This document shows positions 10,226-23,083 of a stretch of 64,000 nt of DNA, in pieces. Positions within the stretch are counted from its first letter, which is position 1. Each line of letters opens with the position of its first letter. The notes below the pieces were generated by a model. It had not been told where the DNA came from and ran no database searches. It was given only the letters and a program-made list of their open reading frames with translations. Source of the DNA: an uncultured delta proteobacterium (GTDB taxonomy: Bacteria; Desulfobacterota; Binatia; DP-6); NCBI GenBank assembly GCA_963815115.1, contig CAWFFN010000007.1:576001-640000 (forward strand), given 5' to 3'. Both the position numbers and the translations under genes were made by a program.

Positions 10226-10487
10226 TCGACCCGAGGCTCCGAGCGTGGGGCATCCGTGCTCCGGCGAACGCCATGCCGCGGCCGGCAAGGCCGGCGCGGC
10301 ACGACGTGGCGCGCTCGAGCATCCGGTCCACTCCGGGCTGCGCCGCCCGCACCCGTACCCTCTCTGCCACCGGCGCATGCTCCGGCATGTCTGCCGCGGC
10401 GGCTTCGCCGCCCGCGGCACGCCGTCCGCACTGTTCGTCACGTCTCATGCCGCTCTCCGTGCCGACCCGAGACGGAGTCTCGGGTCG
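10226..10487. repeat. Dispersed two-hairpin repeat, locus A (two units in inverted orientation)
   Basis: Right unit: TGCCGCGGCGGCTTCGCCGCCCGCGGCA (10392-10419) and CGACCCGAGAC-GGA-GTCTCGGGTCG (10463-10487). Left inverted unit: 10274-10301 plus a half hairpin at 10228-10242. Confidence 0.88.
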
Positions 10488-10493
10488 CTCTCC

Positions 10494-11282
10494 TCAGCCG
10501 ACGAGTTGTGCCCGCAGCTCCGCGACGGCGGCGGGCGACCCCGCCAGCACGTCGCCCGGCGCCCGCCTGCCGTCCAGCAACGTCCCGAGCGCGAGGCGGC
10601 CGCCGTCGAGCAGCTCGAAGACCCCGCCGACGGCGGCGAGCACGGCGCCGGCCGCCGCGAGGTCCCACACCCGGACGTCTCCGAGCAGGGCCGCACGCGC
10701 GACACCGCGCGCGACCAGGACGGTGTGGTAGGCCGCCGAGCCCAGCGAGCGCAGCTTCGGCAGGCGCTGGAACGGGTGCTGCCGGTGCGCCTTCGAATGC
10801 ACCGCGACGAACGGATCGACCGGCGGCGCGACCTCGTCGAGCCTGCCCAGGGCGACACCGTTCCACCACGCGCAGCCGTCCACCGCCGTGTAGAACTCCC
10901 CGCTGCACGGCAGATGCACCACGCCGCCTCGCGGCGATCCCGCCTGCATGAGCCCGAGGCAGACGCACCAGGTCGGCAGCCCCGCGACGAACGCCGCGGT
11001 GCCGTCGATCGGGTCGATCACGAAGCAGCTCTCCCCCCTGCCCTCCCGGCCCGTGCCCTCCTCCGCCACGATGCCCGCATCCGGCCAGCGCTCCACCAGC
11101 TCTCGTGCGATCAGGGCCTCGACCACGCGATCCGCCGTCGTGACCAGCGTGCGGTCGGCCTTCCGCTCCGGCGTCACCTCACGGAAGTGCTCCAGCGCGA
11201 GCGCGCCGGCTCGGGTGGCGATCGCCTCCAGCTCGGCGCGCGAGACCGCGATCGGCCCGGCGCCGCCCGGGCGGGACGTCAC
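10494..11282 (-). CDS. Inositol monophosphatase family protein
   Basis: VTTAD, AEEG, VIDPIDGT, RSLGSAA, WDLAA motifs; GTG start overlapping the upstream stop. Confidence 0.92.
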   Translation of the reverse strand: MTSRPGGAGPIAVSRAELEAIATRAGALALEHFREVTPERKADRTLVTTADRVVEALIARELVERWPDAGIVAEEGTGREGRGESCFVIDPIDGTAAFVAGLPTWCVCLGLMQAGSPRGGVVHLPCSGEFYTAVDGCAWWNGVALGRLDEVAPPVDPFVAVHSKAHRQHPFQRLPKLRSLGSAAYHTVLVARGVARAALLGDVRVWDLAAAGAVLAAVGGVFELLDGGRLALGTLLDGRRAPGDVLAGSPAAVAELRAQLVG

Positions 11283-12088
11283 CGCTGGCCCCGCTCGAGC
11301 GCCCGCTGGGAGAAGAGGTCGTCCTCGTAGTGCTGATCGAAGGCGGCGTCGGACGACTCGATGGTCGTGCGCGACCCGCGGGCCGGCGTCTCCACCTCGA
11401 CGTGCCGGGCCATCGGGATGCTGCCGACGTCGTGCAGGTCGCGCTGCACGATCCGCTTGATCGGATCGCTGCCGTCGCCGTAGAACTCGAGCCGCCGCGG
11501 CACCAGATCGTCGCGGCCGAGCCAGATCACGATCTTCTTGTAGCCGATGTCCTCGCGTTGCGGGACGAGCTCGATGACGTACGTCGGCACCCCCTCCACC
11601 GTCTCCTCGCCGCGCAGGCTCGAGCGCGCGTCGCCTTCCGACCACGAGCTCATCTCCTGGATGATGTCGAGGTCCTGGTAGCTGAGATCGGTGCCGACGA
11701 AGCTCTCGCTCCGGCTGCGCGGCGTGATCTGACGGATCCGCTTCAGCTCGGGAAGGTAGAGCCACTGGTCCGCCGGGCGCCCCTTGTAGGTGTAGGCGAG
11801 GAAGCCCGTCCCCTTCACCTCGGCCGGGCTCTCGAAGAACACGATGGTCTGCCGCTCGTCCCCGGGCACGCGCCGCTCGTAGAGCATGAGCCCGCGCTCC
11901 CGCTCTCCGCCGCGGGCATCCTTGATGGTGAGCTTCAGATGCTCCTGGCGATCGGTCCACTTGCGCGTCGTGTCGTCCAGCGCCTTGCGTTGGTCCAGGA
12001 TGTCGCGCGCGCCCGGGGCAGCGTCGGCCATGGGCGGCCGCGGTCCCGCGAGCATCAGTGCGAGCAGCCCGATGGCGACCGTCCTCAT
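11279..12088 (-). CDS. Outer-membrane lipoprotein-sorting protein family (LolA-like)
   Basis: Signal peptide; FESPAEVKGTGFL, QWLYLPELKRIRQI, SFVGTDLSYQDL, DDLFSQRAL. Confidence 0.85.
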   Translation of the reverse strand: MRTVAIGLLALMLAGPRPPMADAAPGARDILDQRKALDDTTRKWTDRQEHLKLTIKDARGGERERGLMLYERRVPGDERQTIVFFESPAEVKGTGFLAYTYKGRPADQWLYLPELKRIRQITPRSRSESFVGTDLSYQDLDIIQEMSSWSEGDARSSLRGEETVEGVPTYVIELVPQREDIGYKKIVIWLGRDDLVPRRLEFYGDGSDPIKRIVQRDLHDVGSIPMARHVEVETPARGSRTTIESSDAAFDQHYEDDLFSQRALERGQR

Positions 12089-12702
12089 GCCGGGAGACCT
12101 TCCCCCACCTGGCCCGCCGCCCGCAAGCGCCACCCGCTCATGGCGGCGGCGGAGCGGCCAGCTGCCGCTGCAGCCAGAGGAAGCCACGTGATCATGTACT
12201 GCAGGCCCGCCGTCGCCGTCACCGCACCGGTGGCGAAGAAGCACACGCTGGCCGCCATCGGCGGCACCCAGTGCCACCGGACGAGGGAGACGAGGACGAG
12301 GGTGACGGAGCAGAGCTGCAGGAACGTGCTCAGCTTGCCAGCGACGGATGGCTTCACCTCCATCGCATGCTGGGTCATGGTGAAGAGGAGGAAGTATCCC
12401 ACCACCAGCATCACGTCGCGCGACAGCACGATGACGGTGAGCCAGGTCGGGACCTGCTGCATGAAGGCGAGCGCCACGAACGAGGACATCAGGAGGAGCT
12501 TGTCCGCGGCGGGGTCGAGGTACGCGCCGAGCGTCGTCTTGGTGTGGGTGAGCCGTGCGATGGCGCCGTCGAGCGCATCGGTGATGCCCGCCGCCACGAA
12601 GACCGCCAGCGCCTCGCGATAACGGAAGTCGGTCAGCAGGATGAGGAAGACCGGGATGGCGAGCACGCGAAGCAGGGTGAGTGCGTTCGGAACGTTCAGC
12701 AG
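12085..12702 (-). CDS. CDP-alcohol phosphatidyltransferase (PgsA-like)
   Basis: TDALDGAIAR...TTLGAYLDPAADK signature. The conserved N-terminal LNVPNALTLLR lies upstream of the ORF-track start, implying a start near 12702 (CTG). Confidence 0.88.
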   Translation of the reverse strand: MLNVPNALTLLRVLAIPVFLILLTDFRYREALAVFVAAGITDALDGAIARLTHTKTTLGAYLDPAADKLLLMSSFVALAFMQQVPTWLTVIVLSRDVMLVVGYFLLFTMTQHAMEVKPSVAGKLSTFLQLCSVTLVLVSLVRWHWVPPMAASVCFFATGAVTATAGLQYMITWLPLAAAAAGRSAAAMSGWRLRAAGQVGEGLPA

Positions 12703-12705
12703 GCG

Positions 12706-13989
12706 TCACCCTCCCCGCGTCGTCTCCGGGAACTCCTTGTGGAGCCGGCCGGCCACCTTGGGCGGCACCAGCGCCGTCACCGTGACCACGCCGTCGCGAT
12801 AGTACTCCTCGACGATCCGCCCGCTGCGGCGGAGCAACGCCACCACGTCCCCCCGCTCCGACGGCAGCTCGCAGCGGATGCGCCGGAGCCCCGCATCGAG
12901 CAGGCTCTCGATGCGGGCGAGCAGGTCGGGGAGACCCGTGCCGGTTTGCCCGGAGACCAGCAGCGCGCCGCGCGGCGCCGCGGCGGGCCGGCCCCCCGGG
13001 GGCAGCAGGTCGGCCTTGTTCAGCACCGCCACCACGGGTACCTCACCCGCGCCGATCTCCGCGAGCACCGCCTCGGTCACCCGCACCTGCTCGGGCCACG
13101 CAGGATGCGACACGTCGACGACGTGCACCAGCAGGTCGGCGGTGCGCACCTGCTCGAGCGTGCTCTTGAAGGCCTCGACCAGCTGGTGCGGCAGCTTGTG
13201 GATGAAGCCCACGGTGTCGCCGAGCAGGACGGTGAGGCCCTGCGGCAGGCGCAGCCGGCGCACGGTCGGGTCGAGGGTGGCGAACAGGCGGTCCTCCACC
13301 AGGACCCCGGCGCGGGTGAGCGCGTTCATCAGCGTCGACTTGCCCGCGTTGGTGTAGCCGACGAGCGCCACGGTGGGCGTGGGAACGGCATGCCGCTCCG
13401 CGCGCTGCAGACGGCGGGAGCGCTCGACCCCGCCCAGTCGCCGACGCAGCTGCGCGATACGCTCGCGCACCCGCCGCCGGTCCACCTCGAGCTGCGTCTC
13501 ACCTGGTCCGCGCGTCCCCACCCCGCCGCCGCGCTGGCGGGACAGGTGCGTCCACTGCCGGGTGAGCCGCGGCAGGAGATACTGGAGCTGCGCCAGCTCG
13601 ACCTGCAGCTTGCCCTCGAGGCTGCGGGCGTGCTGCGCGAAGATGTCGAGGATGAGCGCGCTGCGATCGATGACCTTGCAGGCGAGCGCCTTCTCGAGGT
13701 TGCGCTGCTGCGCCGGGGTGAGGGGATCGTCGAAGATCACGACGTCGGCGTGCTCGGCCTGCGCCAGGCCGCCGATCTCCTGCACCTTCCCGGAGCCCAC
13801 GAAGGTCGCCGGGTGGATGCGTCGTACCGGCTGGGTGGTTGCGGCTACCGGCACCACGCCGGCGGTCGACGCGAGGCGCCCGAGCTCCACCAGGGACTCA
13901 GCAGCGGGGATCAGCGCGTGCGGCAGCTCCGCGGCCACCAGGACGGCGCGCTCCGGCTCCGCCGCAGTCGGGTGGGTCTCGTCCGTCAA
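12706..13989 (-). CDS. hflX: GTPase HflX
   Basis: [50 protein letters not shown]; TTG start overlapping the dnaE stop. Confidence 0.96.
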   Translation of the reverse strand: MTDETHPTAAEPERAVLVAAELPHALIPAAESLVELGRLASTAGVVPVAATTQPVRRIHPATFVGSGKVQEIGGLAQAEHADVVIFDDPLTPAQQRNLEKALACKVIDRSALILDIFAQHARSLEGKLQVELAQLQYLLPRLTRQWTHLSRQRGGGVGTRGPGETQLEVDRRRVRERIAQLRRRLGGVERSRRLQRAERHAVPTPTVALVGYTNAGKSTLMNALTRAGVLVEDRLFATLDPTVRRLRLPQGLTVLLGDTVGFIHKLPHQLVEAFKSTLEQVRTADLLVHVVDVSHPAWPEQVRVTEAVLAEIGAGEVPVVAVLNKADLLPPGGRPAAAPRGALLVSGQTGTGLPDLLARIESLLDAGLRRIRCELPSERGDVVALLRRSGRIVEEYYRDGVVTVTALVPPKVAGRLHKEFPETTRGG

Positions 13990-16900
13990 CGGAACGACAG
14001 CATCCCCGCCCCGAGCATGCGCTCGACGGCATCGAGCACCTCGGCGCTGGCCGCGACGCGGATGGTCTCGGGCAGCGCGAGGATGGTCACCGGGGCATCC
14101 GGCCGGAGAAGATGGAGAAACGCCTGGCACGGGCCGGGATGGTCGGCGAGGACGTCCCGCAGGCGCGCCAGACCCTCCCGCCCGACGCTCTCGAGCGGCA
14201 CGCGCACGTGGACCTGCCGCACCGCGCCGGCGCGGGCGGCGTCGAGCTGCGCGATCTCGTCGGCGATGACCTGGCAGCGATCGGCCGACAGATCGAGGCC
14301 GCCGCTGACCACCACGGGCGAGCCGGCCTCGAGGAGCGCCTCGTGCCGCCGGTACGTGTCGGGCCACGCGATCACCTCGACGACGCCCTCCTTGTCCTCG
14401 AGCACGAAGGTCGCGTAGCGCTCCCCTTTCTTGCTGTTGCGCAGCTTCACGGTGTGGACCACCCCGCCCAGCCGGACGCGCGGCCGTCCTTCCGGGCGAC
14501 CCGGGCGCGACGGCGCCGCGGGCAGATCGGGCCCCTTCGTGCGCAGCGTCCCCACGGTGATGTTGGTGAAGCGGCGCAGGTCGCCCTCGTAGCGATCGAG
14601 GGGATGACCGGTGATGAAGAAGCCGAGCGTCTCGCGCTCGCGCTGCAGCTCGTCCCGCGGCGTCCAGGGCTCGACCTGGGGCGGCGCCGGAGGAGAACTC
14701 TCGGGCAACCCGGCGCCGCCGCTGAAGAGACCGAGCTGTGAGCTCGACCGCTCCTGCGAGCGCACGCCGGCCCAGCGCAGCGCATCGTCGAGCGCCGCCC
14801 ACAGACGCGCGCGGTTGCGCTCGATGGAGTCGAACGCGCCGCACGCGATCAGGCTCTCGATCACGCGCCGGTTCACCACCTGCGCCCGCACCCGCAGGCA
14901 GAACTCGTGCAGGCCGGTGAACGGCCCGTCGCCGCGCGCGGCCAGCACGGTCTCGATCGCCTTCGAGCCGACCCCCTTCACGGCGCCCAGACCGAAGCGG
15001 ATGGCGCTCCCCGCCGCGGTGAAGTCCTCGCGGCTCTCGTTGATGTCGGGGGGCAGGATGGCGATGCCGCTCGCCTTGCACTCGGCGATGTTCTTGTGGG
15101 TGCTGTCGGTGTCGCCCGCCTCGAGCGAGAGCAGGCCGGCCATGAACTCGGTCCGGTAGTGCGCCTTCAGGTACGCCGTCTGGTACGTGATCACCGCGTA
15201 GGCGGCCGAATGGCTCTTGTTGAAGCCGTAGGCGGCAAACGTCTCCATCTGATCGAAGATCTCGGCCGCGAGCTTGGGCGAGCCCGTCTCCTGCCTCGCC
15301 ACGCCGGCGAGGAAGCGCTCGCGCTCCTTCGCCATCTCCTCGGCCTTCTTCTTGCCCATCGCCCGGCGCAGGTTGTCGGCGTCGCCCAGGGTGTAGCCGG
15401 CGAGCGCCTGCGCGATCTGCATCACCTGCTCCTGGTACACGATCACCCCGTAGGTGTCGGCCAGGATGGTCTCGAGCGCGGGGTGGGCGTAGCGAATCGG
15501 CTCCTTGCCGTGCTTGCGCGCGATGAAGACGTCGACCATCGTGCGGCCGTCGTCGAGCTTCGCGTCGAGCGGACCGGGGCGGTAGAGCGCGAGCACGGCG
15601 ACCAGGTCGGCGAAGCACGTCGGCTGGATCTGGGTCAGCATCCGGCGGATGCCGCCCGACTCGAGCTGGAACACGCCCACCGTGTCGGCGGCGGCGATCA
15701 GGCGATACGTGGCCTCGTCGTCCAGCGGCAGGGCGCTCGGCTCGAGCGCGACGTCCCGTCCCTCCCGGATGCGACGCACGATGCCCTCGATCAGGGTGAG
15801 GGTCTTCAAGCCGAGGAAGTCGAACTTGATGAGGCCGATCGACTCCACGTCGGTGAAGGTGTACTGCGTCACCACCGCGCCGTCCTTGTCCACCCAGAGC
15901 GGCACGTGGTCGGTGAGCGTCTCCGGCGCGATGACGATCCCGGCGGCGTGCTTGGACGCGTTGCGCAGCAACCCCTCGAGACGGAGCGCCAGGTCGAAGA
16001 GACGGCCCTCGCGTTCGCCGTCCCGGCGCAGCTCCTCGAGGCGCGGCTCCATCTCGAGAGCCTTGGCGAGCGGGAAGTCCTTGCCCTGCCGGGGCTCGGG
16101 ATAGAGCTTGGTGATCCGGTCGGTCTCCGCGAACGTGAAGTCGAGCACGCGGCCGACGTCCTTGATCGCCTGCTTTCCCTTGAGCGTTCCGAAGGTGATG
16201 ATCTGCGCCACGCGATCGGCGCCGTACTTCTCGCGCACGTAGCGAATCACCTCATCGCGCCGCACGAAGCAGAAGTCGACGTCGATGTCGGGCATGGAGC
16301 GCCGGTCGGGGTTCAGGAAGCGCTCGAAGAGCAGCCCGTGCTCGATGGGATCGAGGTCGGTGATGCGGAGCGCCCACGCCACCACGCTGCCGGCCGCCGA
16401 GCCGCGTCCCGGCCCGACCGGGATACCCTGCTGCTTCGCCCAGTTGATGAAGTCGGCGACGATGAGGAAGTACCCGGCGAACCCCATCTGGGTGATCACG
16501 CCGAGCTCGTAGGTCAGACGCTCCTCGTAGCGCACCTCGACGGCGGCGTCGCTCCCCAGCGTCCGGCGCCCGTTCAGCCGCTCGTCGAGCCCGCCCCGCG
16601 CGACCCGCTCCAGCGCCGAATCGAGGGTCTCCTCCGGGGCCACCTGGTAGACCGGGAACCGCCAGCGCTGCTCGAAGCCGAAATCGCAGCGGCGCGCGAC
16701 GTCGACCGTGTTCGCCACCGCCTCGGGGACGTCGGCGAACGCCTGCGCCATGTCGTCCCCGTCCTTCACGTAGAGCTGGTCGGTCTCGAACTTCCACCGC
16801 CGTTCGTCCGACAGCGTCTTGCCGGTCTGGATGCAGAGCAGCACCTCGTGCGCCGCGGCGTCCTCGGGCCGGAGATAGTGGCAGTCGTTGGTCCCGACCA

Positions 16901-17507
16901 GGGGAAGGCCCAGGCGACGACCGAGCGCCTTCACCTCGCCGTTCACCTGCTCCTGCTTGGCGAGGCGGTTGTCCTGGATCTCGAGGTAGTAGCGCCCGTC
17001 GAAGATGCCGGCCATCTCCTCCGCCGCGGCCCGCGCCTTCTCGACCTGGCCGAGCATCAGGTTGTGCGCTACCTCGCCCCGCAGGCAGCCGGAGAGCGCG
17101 ATGATCCCGCCGTTGAGCTCGCGCAGCAGCTCCTTGTCGACCCGCGGCTTGTAGTGGAAGCCCTCGCGGTAGCCCGCGCTGACCAGCCGGCAGAGGTTGC
17201 GGTACCCCTGCCGGTTCATGGCCAGGACGATCATGTGGTAGTTGCCGCCGGCCTCGTAGTCGTCGATGCGTCCGGCCTTGTCGAACCGGCTGCCGGGCGC
17301 GACGTACAGCTCGCAACCGATGATCGGCTTGACGCCCGCCTTCGTCGCCTCGGCGAAGAACTGCACCGCCCCGAACATGTTGCCGTGATCGGTGATGGCG
17401 CAGGCCTCCATGCCGGCGGCTCGCACGCGGGGCATGAGCTCCTTGATCTTGTTCGCCCCGTCGAGCAGCGAGTACTGCGTGTGCAGGTGCAGGTGGACGA
17501 ACGACAT
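13986..17507 (-). CDS. dnaE: DNA polymerase III alpha subunit
   Basis: [15 protein letters not shown] (PHP), [23 protein letters not shown]-terminal OB fold. No intein seen. Confidence 0.98.
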   Translation of the reverse strand: MSFVHLHLHTQYSLLDGANKIKELMPRVRAAGMEACAITDHGNMFGAVQFFAEATKAGVKPIIGCELYVAPGSRFDKAGRIDDYEAGGNYHMIVLAMNRQGYRNLCRLVSAGYREGFHYKPRVDKELLRELNGGIIALSGCLRGEVAHNLMLGQVEKARAAAEEMAGIFDGRYYLEIQDNRLAKQEQVNGEVKALGRRLGLPLVGTNDCHYLRPEDAAAHEVLLCIQTGKTLSDERRWKFETDQLYVKDGDDMAQAFADVPEAVANTVDVARRCDFGFEQRWRFPVYQVAPEETLDSALERVARGGLDERLNGRRTLGSDAAVEVRYEERLTYELGVITQMGFAGYFLIVADFINWAKQQGIPVGPGRGSAAGSVVAWALRITDLDPIEHGLLFERFLNPDRRSMPDIDVDFCFVRRDEVIRYVREKYGADRVAQIITFGTLKGKQAIKDVGRVLDFTFAETDRITKLYPEPRQGKDFPLAKALEMEPRLEELRRDGEREGRLFDLALRLEGLLRNASKHAAGIVIAPETLTDHVPLWVDKDGAVVTQYTFTDVESIGLIKFDFLGLKTLTLIEGIVRRIREGRDVALEPSALPLDDEATYRLIAAADTVGVFQLESGGIRRMLTQIQPTCFADLVAVLALYRPGPLDAKLDDGRTMVDVFIARKHGKEPIRYAHPALETILADTYGVIVYQEQVMQIAQALAGYTLGDADNLRRAMGKKKAEEMAKERERFLAGVARQETGSPKLAAEIFDQMETFAAYGFNKSHSAAYAVITYQTAYLKAHYRTEFMAGLLSLEAGDTDSTHKNIAECKASGIAILPPDINESREDFTAAGSAIRFGLGAVKGVGSKAIETVLAARGDGPFTGLHEFCLRVRAQVVNRRVIESLIACGAFDSIERNRARLWAALDDALRWAGVRSQERSSSQLGLFSGGAGLPESSPPAPPQVEPWTPRDELQRERETLGFFITGHPLDRYEGDLRRFTNITVGTLRTKGPDLPAAPSRPGRPEGRPRVRLGGVVHTVKLRNSKKGERYATFVLEDKEGVVEVIAWPDTYRRHEALLEAGSPVVVSGGLDLSADRCQVIADEIAQLDAARAGAVRQVHVRVPLESVGREGLARLRDVLADHPGPCQAFLHLLRPDAPVTILALPETIRVAASAEVLDAVERMLGAGMLSFR

Positions 17508-17651
17508 CACCCCGTGACCCCTCCTCCCGTCGCGTCCTCCCGAGCGCGGGACGGAACGGTAGCGCGCGTGCACGGCGGCGGTCAACCGCGCCTCGAGTGC
17601 GGGCGGCGGTGCGGCGCCGCCGGTGTGCCCCGGCGGCGCCGCCGCAGCCCT

Positions 17652-18152
17652 TTAGACCTGCAGCGTACCGGTCCGGATGAGATAGGCGAGGCGCGCGCGC
17701 TGCTCCGGGTCGAGCAGGGCGTGCAGCTCGCCGAGGGCCTTCAGCACCGCGTCACGCAGGCGTTCGGCGCTGCGCACGCGCACCGCCGCCGCATCGCCAG
17801 CGACCTGCGGGTCGAAGCTCGCGCCCGCCACGGCGTCGGCCAGTCCGGCCATGGCGCGGCGGCCGTCCACCTCGGCCTGTGCGCGCTCGGTCTTGAGCGC
17901 GTCCAGGATGCGTGCCAGCTCGGCCACCTGTCGCTCGTCGAGGTGCAGCTTGTAGGCGAGGAAGCGGAGCGGGCGGCGGACGCCGAAGGCGCCGGCGCCG
18001 AGCTCGCCGAAGTCACCGGGGGCGGCGTGGCGCTCGCTCCAGCCCGGGTGGCCGCCCTGGGCACGCCAGCCGCCAGCGCCGCAGCCGGCATGGCTTCGCC
18101 ACTCGTGGTGACGGCGGTGGGTGCTCCACCAGTGCATCATCCCTGGGTACAT
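17652..18152 (-). CDS. Spy/CpxP-like helical protein with a His/Trp/Gly-rich N-terminus
   Basis: LHLDERQ and LLDPEQR (LTxxQ-like motifs); strong SD GAGGAGG before the ATG; no signal peptide visible. Confidence 0.7.
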   Translation of the reverse strand: MYPGMMHWWSTHRRHHEWRSHAGCGAGGWRAQGGHPGWSERHAAPGDFGELGAGAFGVRRPLRFLAYKLHLDERQVAELARILDALKTERAQAEVDGRRAMAGLADAVAGASFDPQVAGDAAAVRVRSAERLRDAVLKALGELHALLDPEQRARLAYLIRTGTLQV

Positions 18153-18226
18153 GATTCCTCCTCTCGCGGGGGCGTCTCGCTCCCGGCGGGGCTCTCGGCG
18201 TGGGCGACATGCCTCACGCTCGCTCG

Positions 18227-18255
18227 CAGCCTAGCGCTTCCCGAGCGCGAGTCAA
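18227..18255 (-). promoter_or_regulatory. Candidate sigma70-type promoter for the Spy/CpxP-like gene
   Basis: Minus strand TTGACT-N16-TAGGCT. Confidence 0.4.
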
Positions 18256-18279
18256 CGGCCGGCGCCCCGGACGCTGCGC

Positions 18280-19818
<1,539 letters not shown>

Positions 19819-19820
19819 AA

Positions 19821-21317
<1,497 letters not shown>

Positions 21318-21446
21318 TCACGAGCGCCATGGTGCCAAGTAGCAGGCGCGCCAGGGTCGAGCAAGGGCGGCGGCAGTGGCGACCTCCATCGATGAAAGAC
21401 CGCCGGTCCCCGCCATCGTCCCGAGCCCGCCGGCGAAACGGTTCCG

Positions 21447-21881
21447 CTATACCCGAGCCACGGCGCGCAGCGAGAAGGGCCGATATTTCTGAATGAGGCG
21501 AAAGTCCCGGGCGTTGTGCGTGACGACCGTCGCTCCTATGCGGCGCGCCGAGAGGGCGATCAGGACGTCGTTCAGGAGAGCGGGAAGCTTCGAGCGCCAG
21601 GGGCGGTCCTTCCGCTCGATGCTCGTGATGACCTCGGAGGCCTCCACCCAGTCGGGAAACGCGGGGGCGACGACTCGCCCGGTTCGCTGGAGCGGATGGA
21701 TCATCGCGTCGACCAGCCCCCTGGTTTCCGGATCGAGCGCGTTGATCCGGAGCTCGTACGCGACGACGGCGGCCAGGTGGGTGACCGGCAGCAGTGGCAG
21801 GAATGCGCTGCGGAATCTCGCTCTGGCGTCGGCCGACCGGCACGCGTCGACATACACGCTGGTATCGAGGACGACCTTCAC
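21447..21881 (-). CDS. PIN-domain toxin (VapC-like)
   Basis: VVLDTSVYV, YEL, NDVLIA, VTHNARDF acidic PIN residues. Confidence 0.9.
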   Translation of the reverse strand: MKVVLDTSVYVDACRSADARARFRSAFLPLLPVTHLAAVVAYELRINALDPETRGLVDAMIHPLQRTGRVVAPAFPDWVEASEVITSIERKDRPWRSKLPALLNDVLIALSARRIGATVVTHNARDFRLIQKYRPFSLRAVARV

Positions 21882-22069
21882 CGGTAGACGGTCCGGAAGC
21901 GTCCCGCACGGAGCAAGGCGTCGACCGCTCGCTCGATCTCGTGGTCGTCCAGGGTCTTCTGCAGAGCCCGATGAATCGCCTCGGTGTCCGTCTTCGCCTG
22001 CAGGGCGATCCGGACCCGTTCGATCACATCTCCGTCGAGGTTATACGTCTTCTTCTTCACGGCGCTCAT
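21878..22069 (-). CDS. VapB-like antitoxin
   Basis: 63 aa, MSAVKKKTYNLDGDVIERVRIALQAKTDTEAIHRAL (RHH-like); stop overlaps the PIN start (GTGA). Confidence 0.82.
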   Translation of the reverse strand: MSAVKKKTYNLDGDVIERVRIALQAKTDTEAIHRALQKTLDDHEIERAVDALLRAGRFRTVYR

Positions 22070-22137
22070 CGAGAAACTCCCCGTGACCAGTCGATATGGA
22101 CACTCTAGCCGTATCATCTGTACCAAGCAAGCGCGGC

Positions 22138-22686
22138 TCACGCCGCCGCGATCCCGAGGAGCTCGAGCGCCTCGCGCAGCGGCGCCTCGGCCGGGCCGAT
22201 CGGCGCGACCTCGGCCACCCGGAGGCGCGGCAAGGCCCGATCGAACAGGGTCACGTTCGCCCACAGCGACTCGAACGTCGACCACCAGCGGATGCCGTCC
22301 GCGCCGGCCTCGTGAATGGCGAGCGCCTGCGGCTGCGTCACCTCGCGGTGGCGCGTCGCGACCAGCGACGGCCGCAGGCCGCGCTCGGCGAGGCTCTCGG
22401 GCCGGTCGAGATCGACCAGGCCCGCCCGCGGGTCGAGCTCGATCGCCGCCAGCGCCAGCGGGAGGCCGCGCCGCCGGAGCATGCCCGGCACCAGCACGTT
22501 GCCGCGGAACCGCGCCAGCTGCTCGACGACGGCCGACTCCGCGCGCTCGGCCAGGTACAGGCAGCCGTAGCGCTCCGGGTTGTCGTGCCGGCCGTCGCCC
22601 TGGAACGTCCGCGGCATCCACAGCGGACTGCCCGCCTCGCCCGGCGCCGCCCGGCGGTTCCACGCGAAGCAGCGGTGCAGCGTCAC
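22138..22686 (-). CDS. RES-domain toxin
   Basis: GRHDNP, LYLAE..AVVE, TQP, GIRWWST, NVTLF (R-E-S residues); GTG start overlaps the antitoxin stop. Confidence 0.88.
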   Translation of the reverse strand: MTLHRCFAWNRRAAPGEAGSPLWMPRTFQGDGRHDNPERYGCLYLAERAESAVVEQLARFRGNVLVPGMLRRRGLPLALAAIELDPRAGLVDLDRPESLAERGLRPSLVATRHREVTQPQALAIHEAGADGIRWWSTFESLWANVTLFDRALPRLRVAEVAPIGPAEAPLREALELLGIAAA

Positions 22687-23015
22687 GCGAAGGCGTCGGC
22701 CCGCTCGGCGCGGACCGCCCGCATGAGCTCCTCGACCCGTCCGGTGCGGATCACGTCGATCGGGCGCCGGTCGCCGAGGTGCGGGTTCAGGCCGAAGAGC
22801 CACGCCCGCGCCGCATCCGGCTCGTAGAGGCGAAGCAGGTTCGACCAGACCAGCTCGAGCAGGTCGATCTTCTCGGCGTTGAGCGGGTCGATGCCCGCTC
22901 CACGCAGCCATCGGGTGATCTGCGAGCGGTTCACGCCGAGCAGGTCGGCGATCGCCGATCCGCTGCGGAAGTCGCGCTTCAGGGCGCGGATCTTGGTGGC
23001 GGTCGCGACGGCCAT
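22683..23015 (-). CDS. Xre/MbcA/ParS-type antitoxin
   Basis: HTH IADLLGVNRSQITRW plus C-terminal ARAWLFGLNPHLGDRRPIDVI (DUF2384-like). Confidence 0.88.
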   Translation of the reverse strand: MAVATATKIRALKRDFRSGSAIADLLGVNRSQITRWLRGAGIDPLNAEKIDLLELVWSNLLRLYEPDAARAWLFGLNPHLGDRRPIDVIRTGRVEELMRAVRAERADAFA

Positions 23016-23022
23016 GGTCCAT

Positions 23023-23050
23023 TCATAGCGCAACAGAATCTGTTGCACAA
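23023..23050 (-). promoter_or_regulatory. Xre-RES promoter with palindromic operator
   Basis: Perfect inverted repeat GCAACAGA-A-TCTGTTGC (23030-23046) lying within minus-strand TTGTGC-N17-TATGAA. Confidence 0.7.
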
Positions 23051-23083
23051 TGACGGGGACAGGGCCGGCCGGATGCCCGGTTC

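Noticed and set aside
10218-10448. 76-aa ORF within repeat locus A
   Set aside because: Lies wholly in the palindromic repeat, has no coding features, and no matching ORF was evident at the other loci.
12706-15618. Apparent long N-terminal extensions or fusions in the ORF track (hflX 970 aa, cimA 984 aa, cdaR 912 aa, mtaB 699 aa, sulfatase 868 aa)
   Set aside because: The extensions are off-frame read-through of the upstream gene; true starts overlap the upstream stops.
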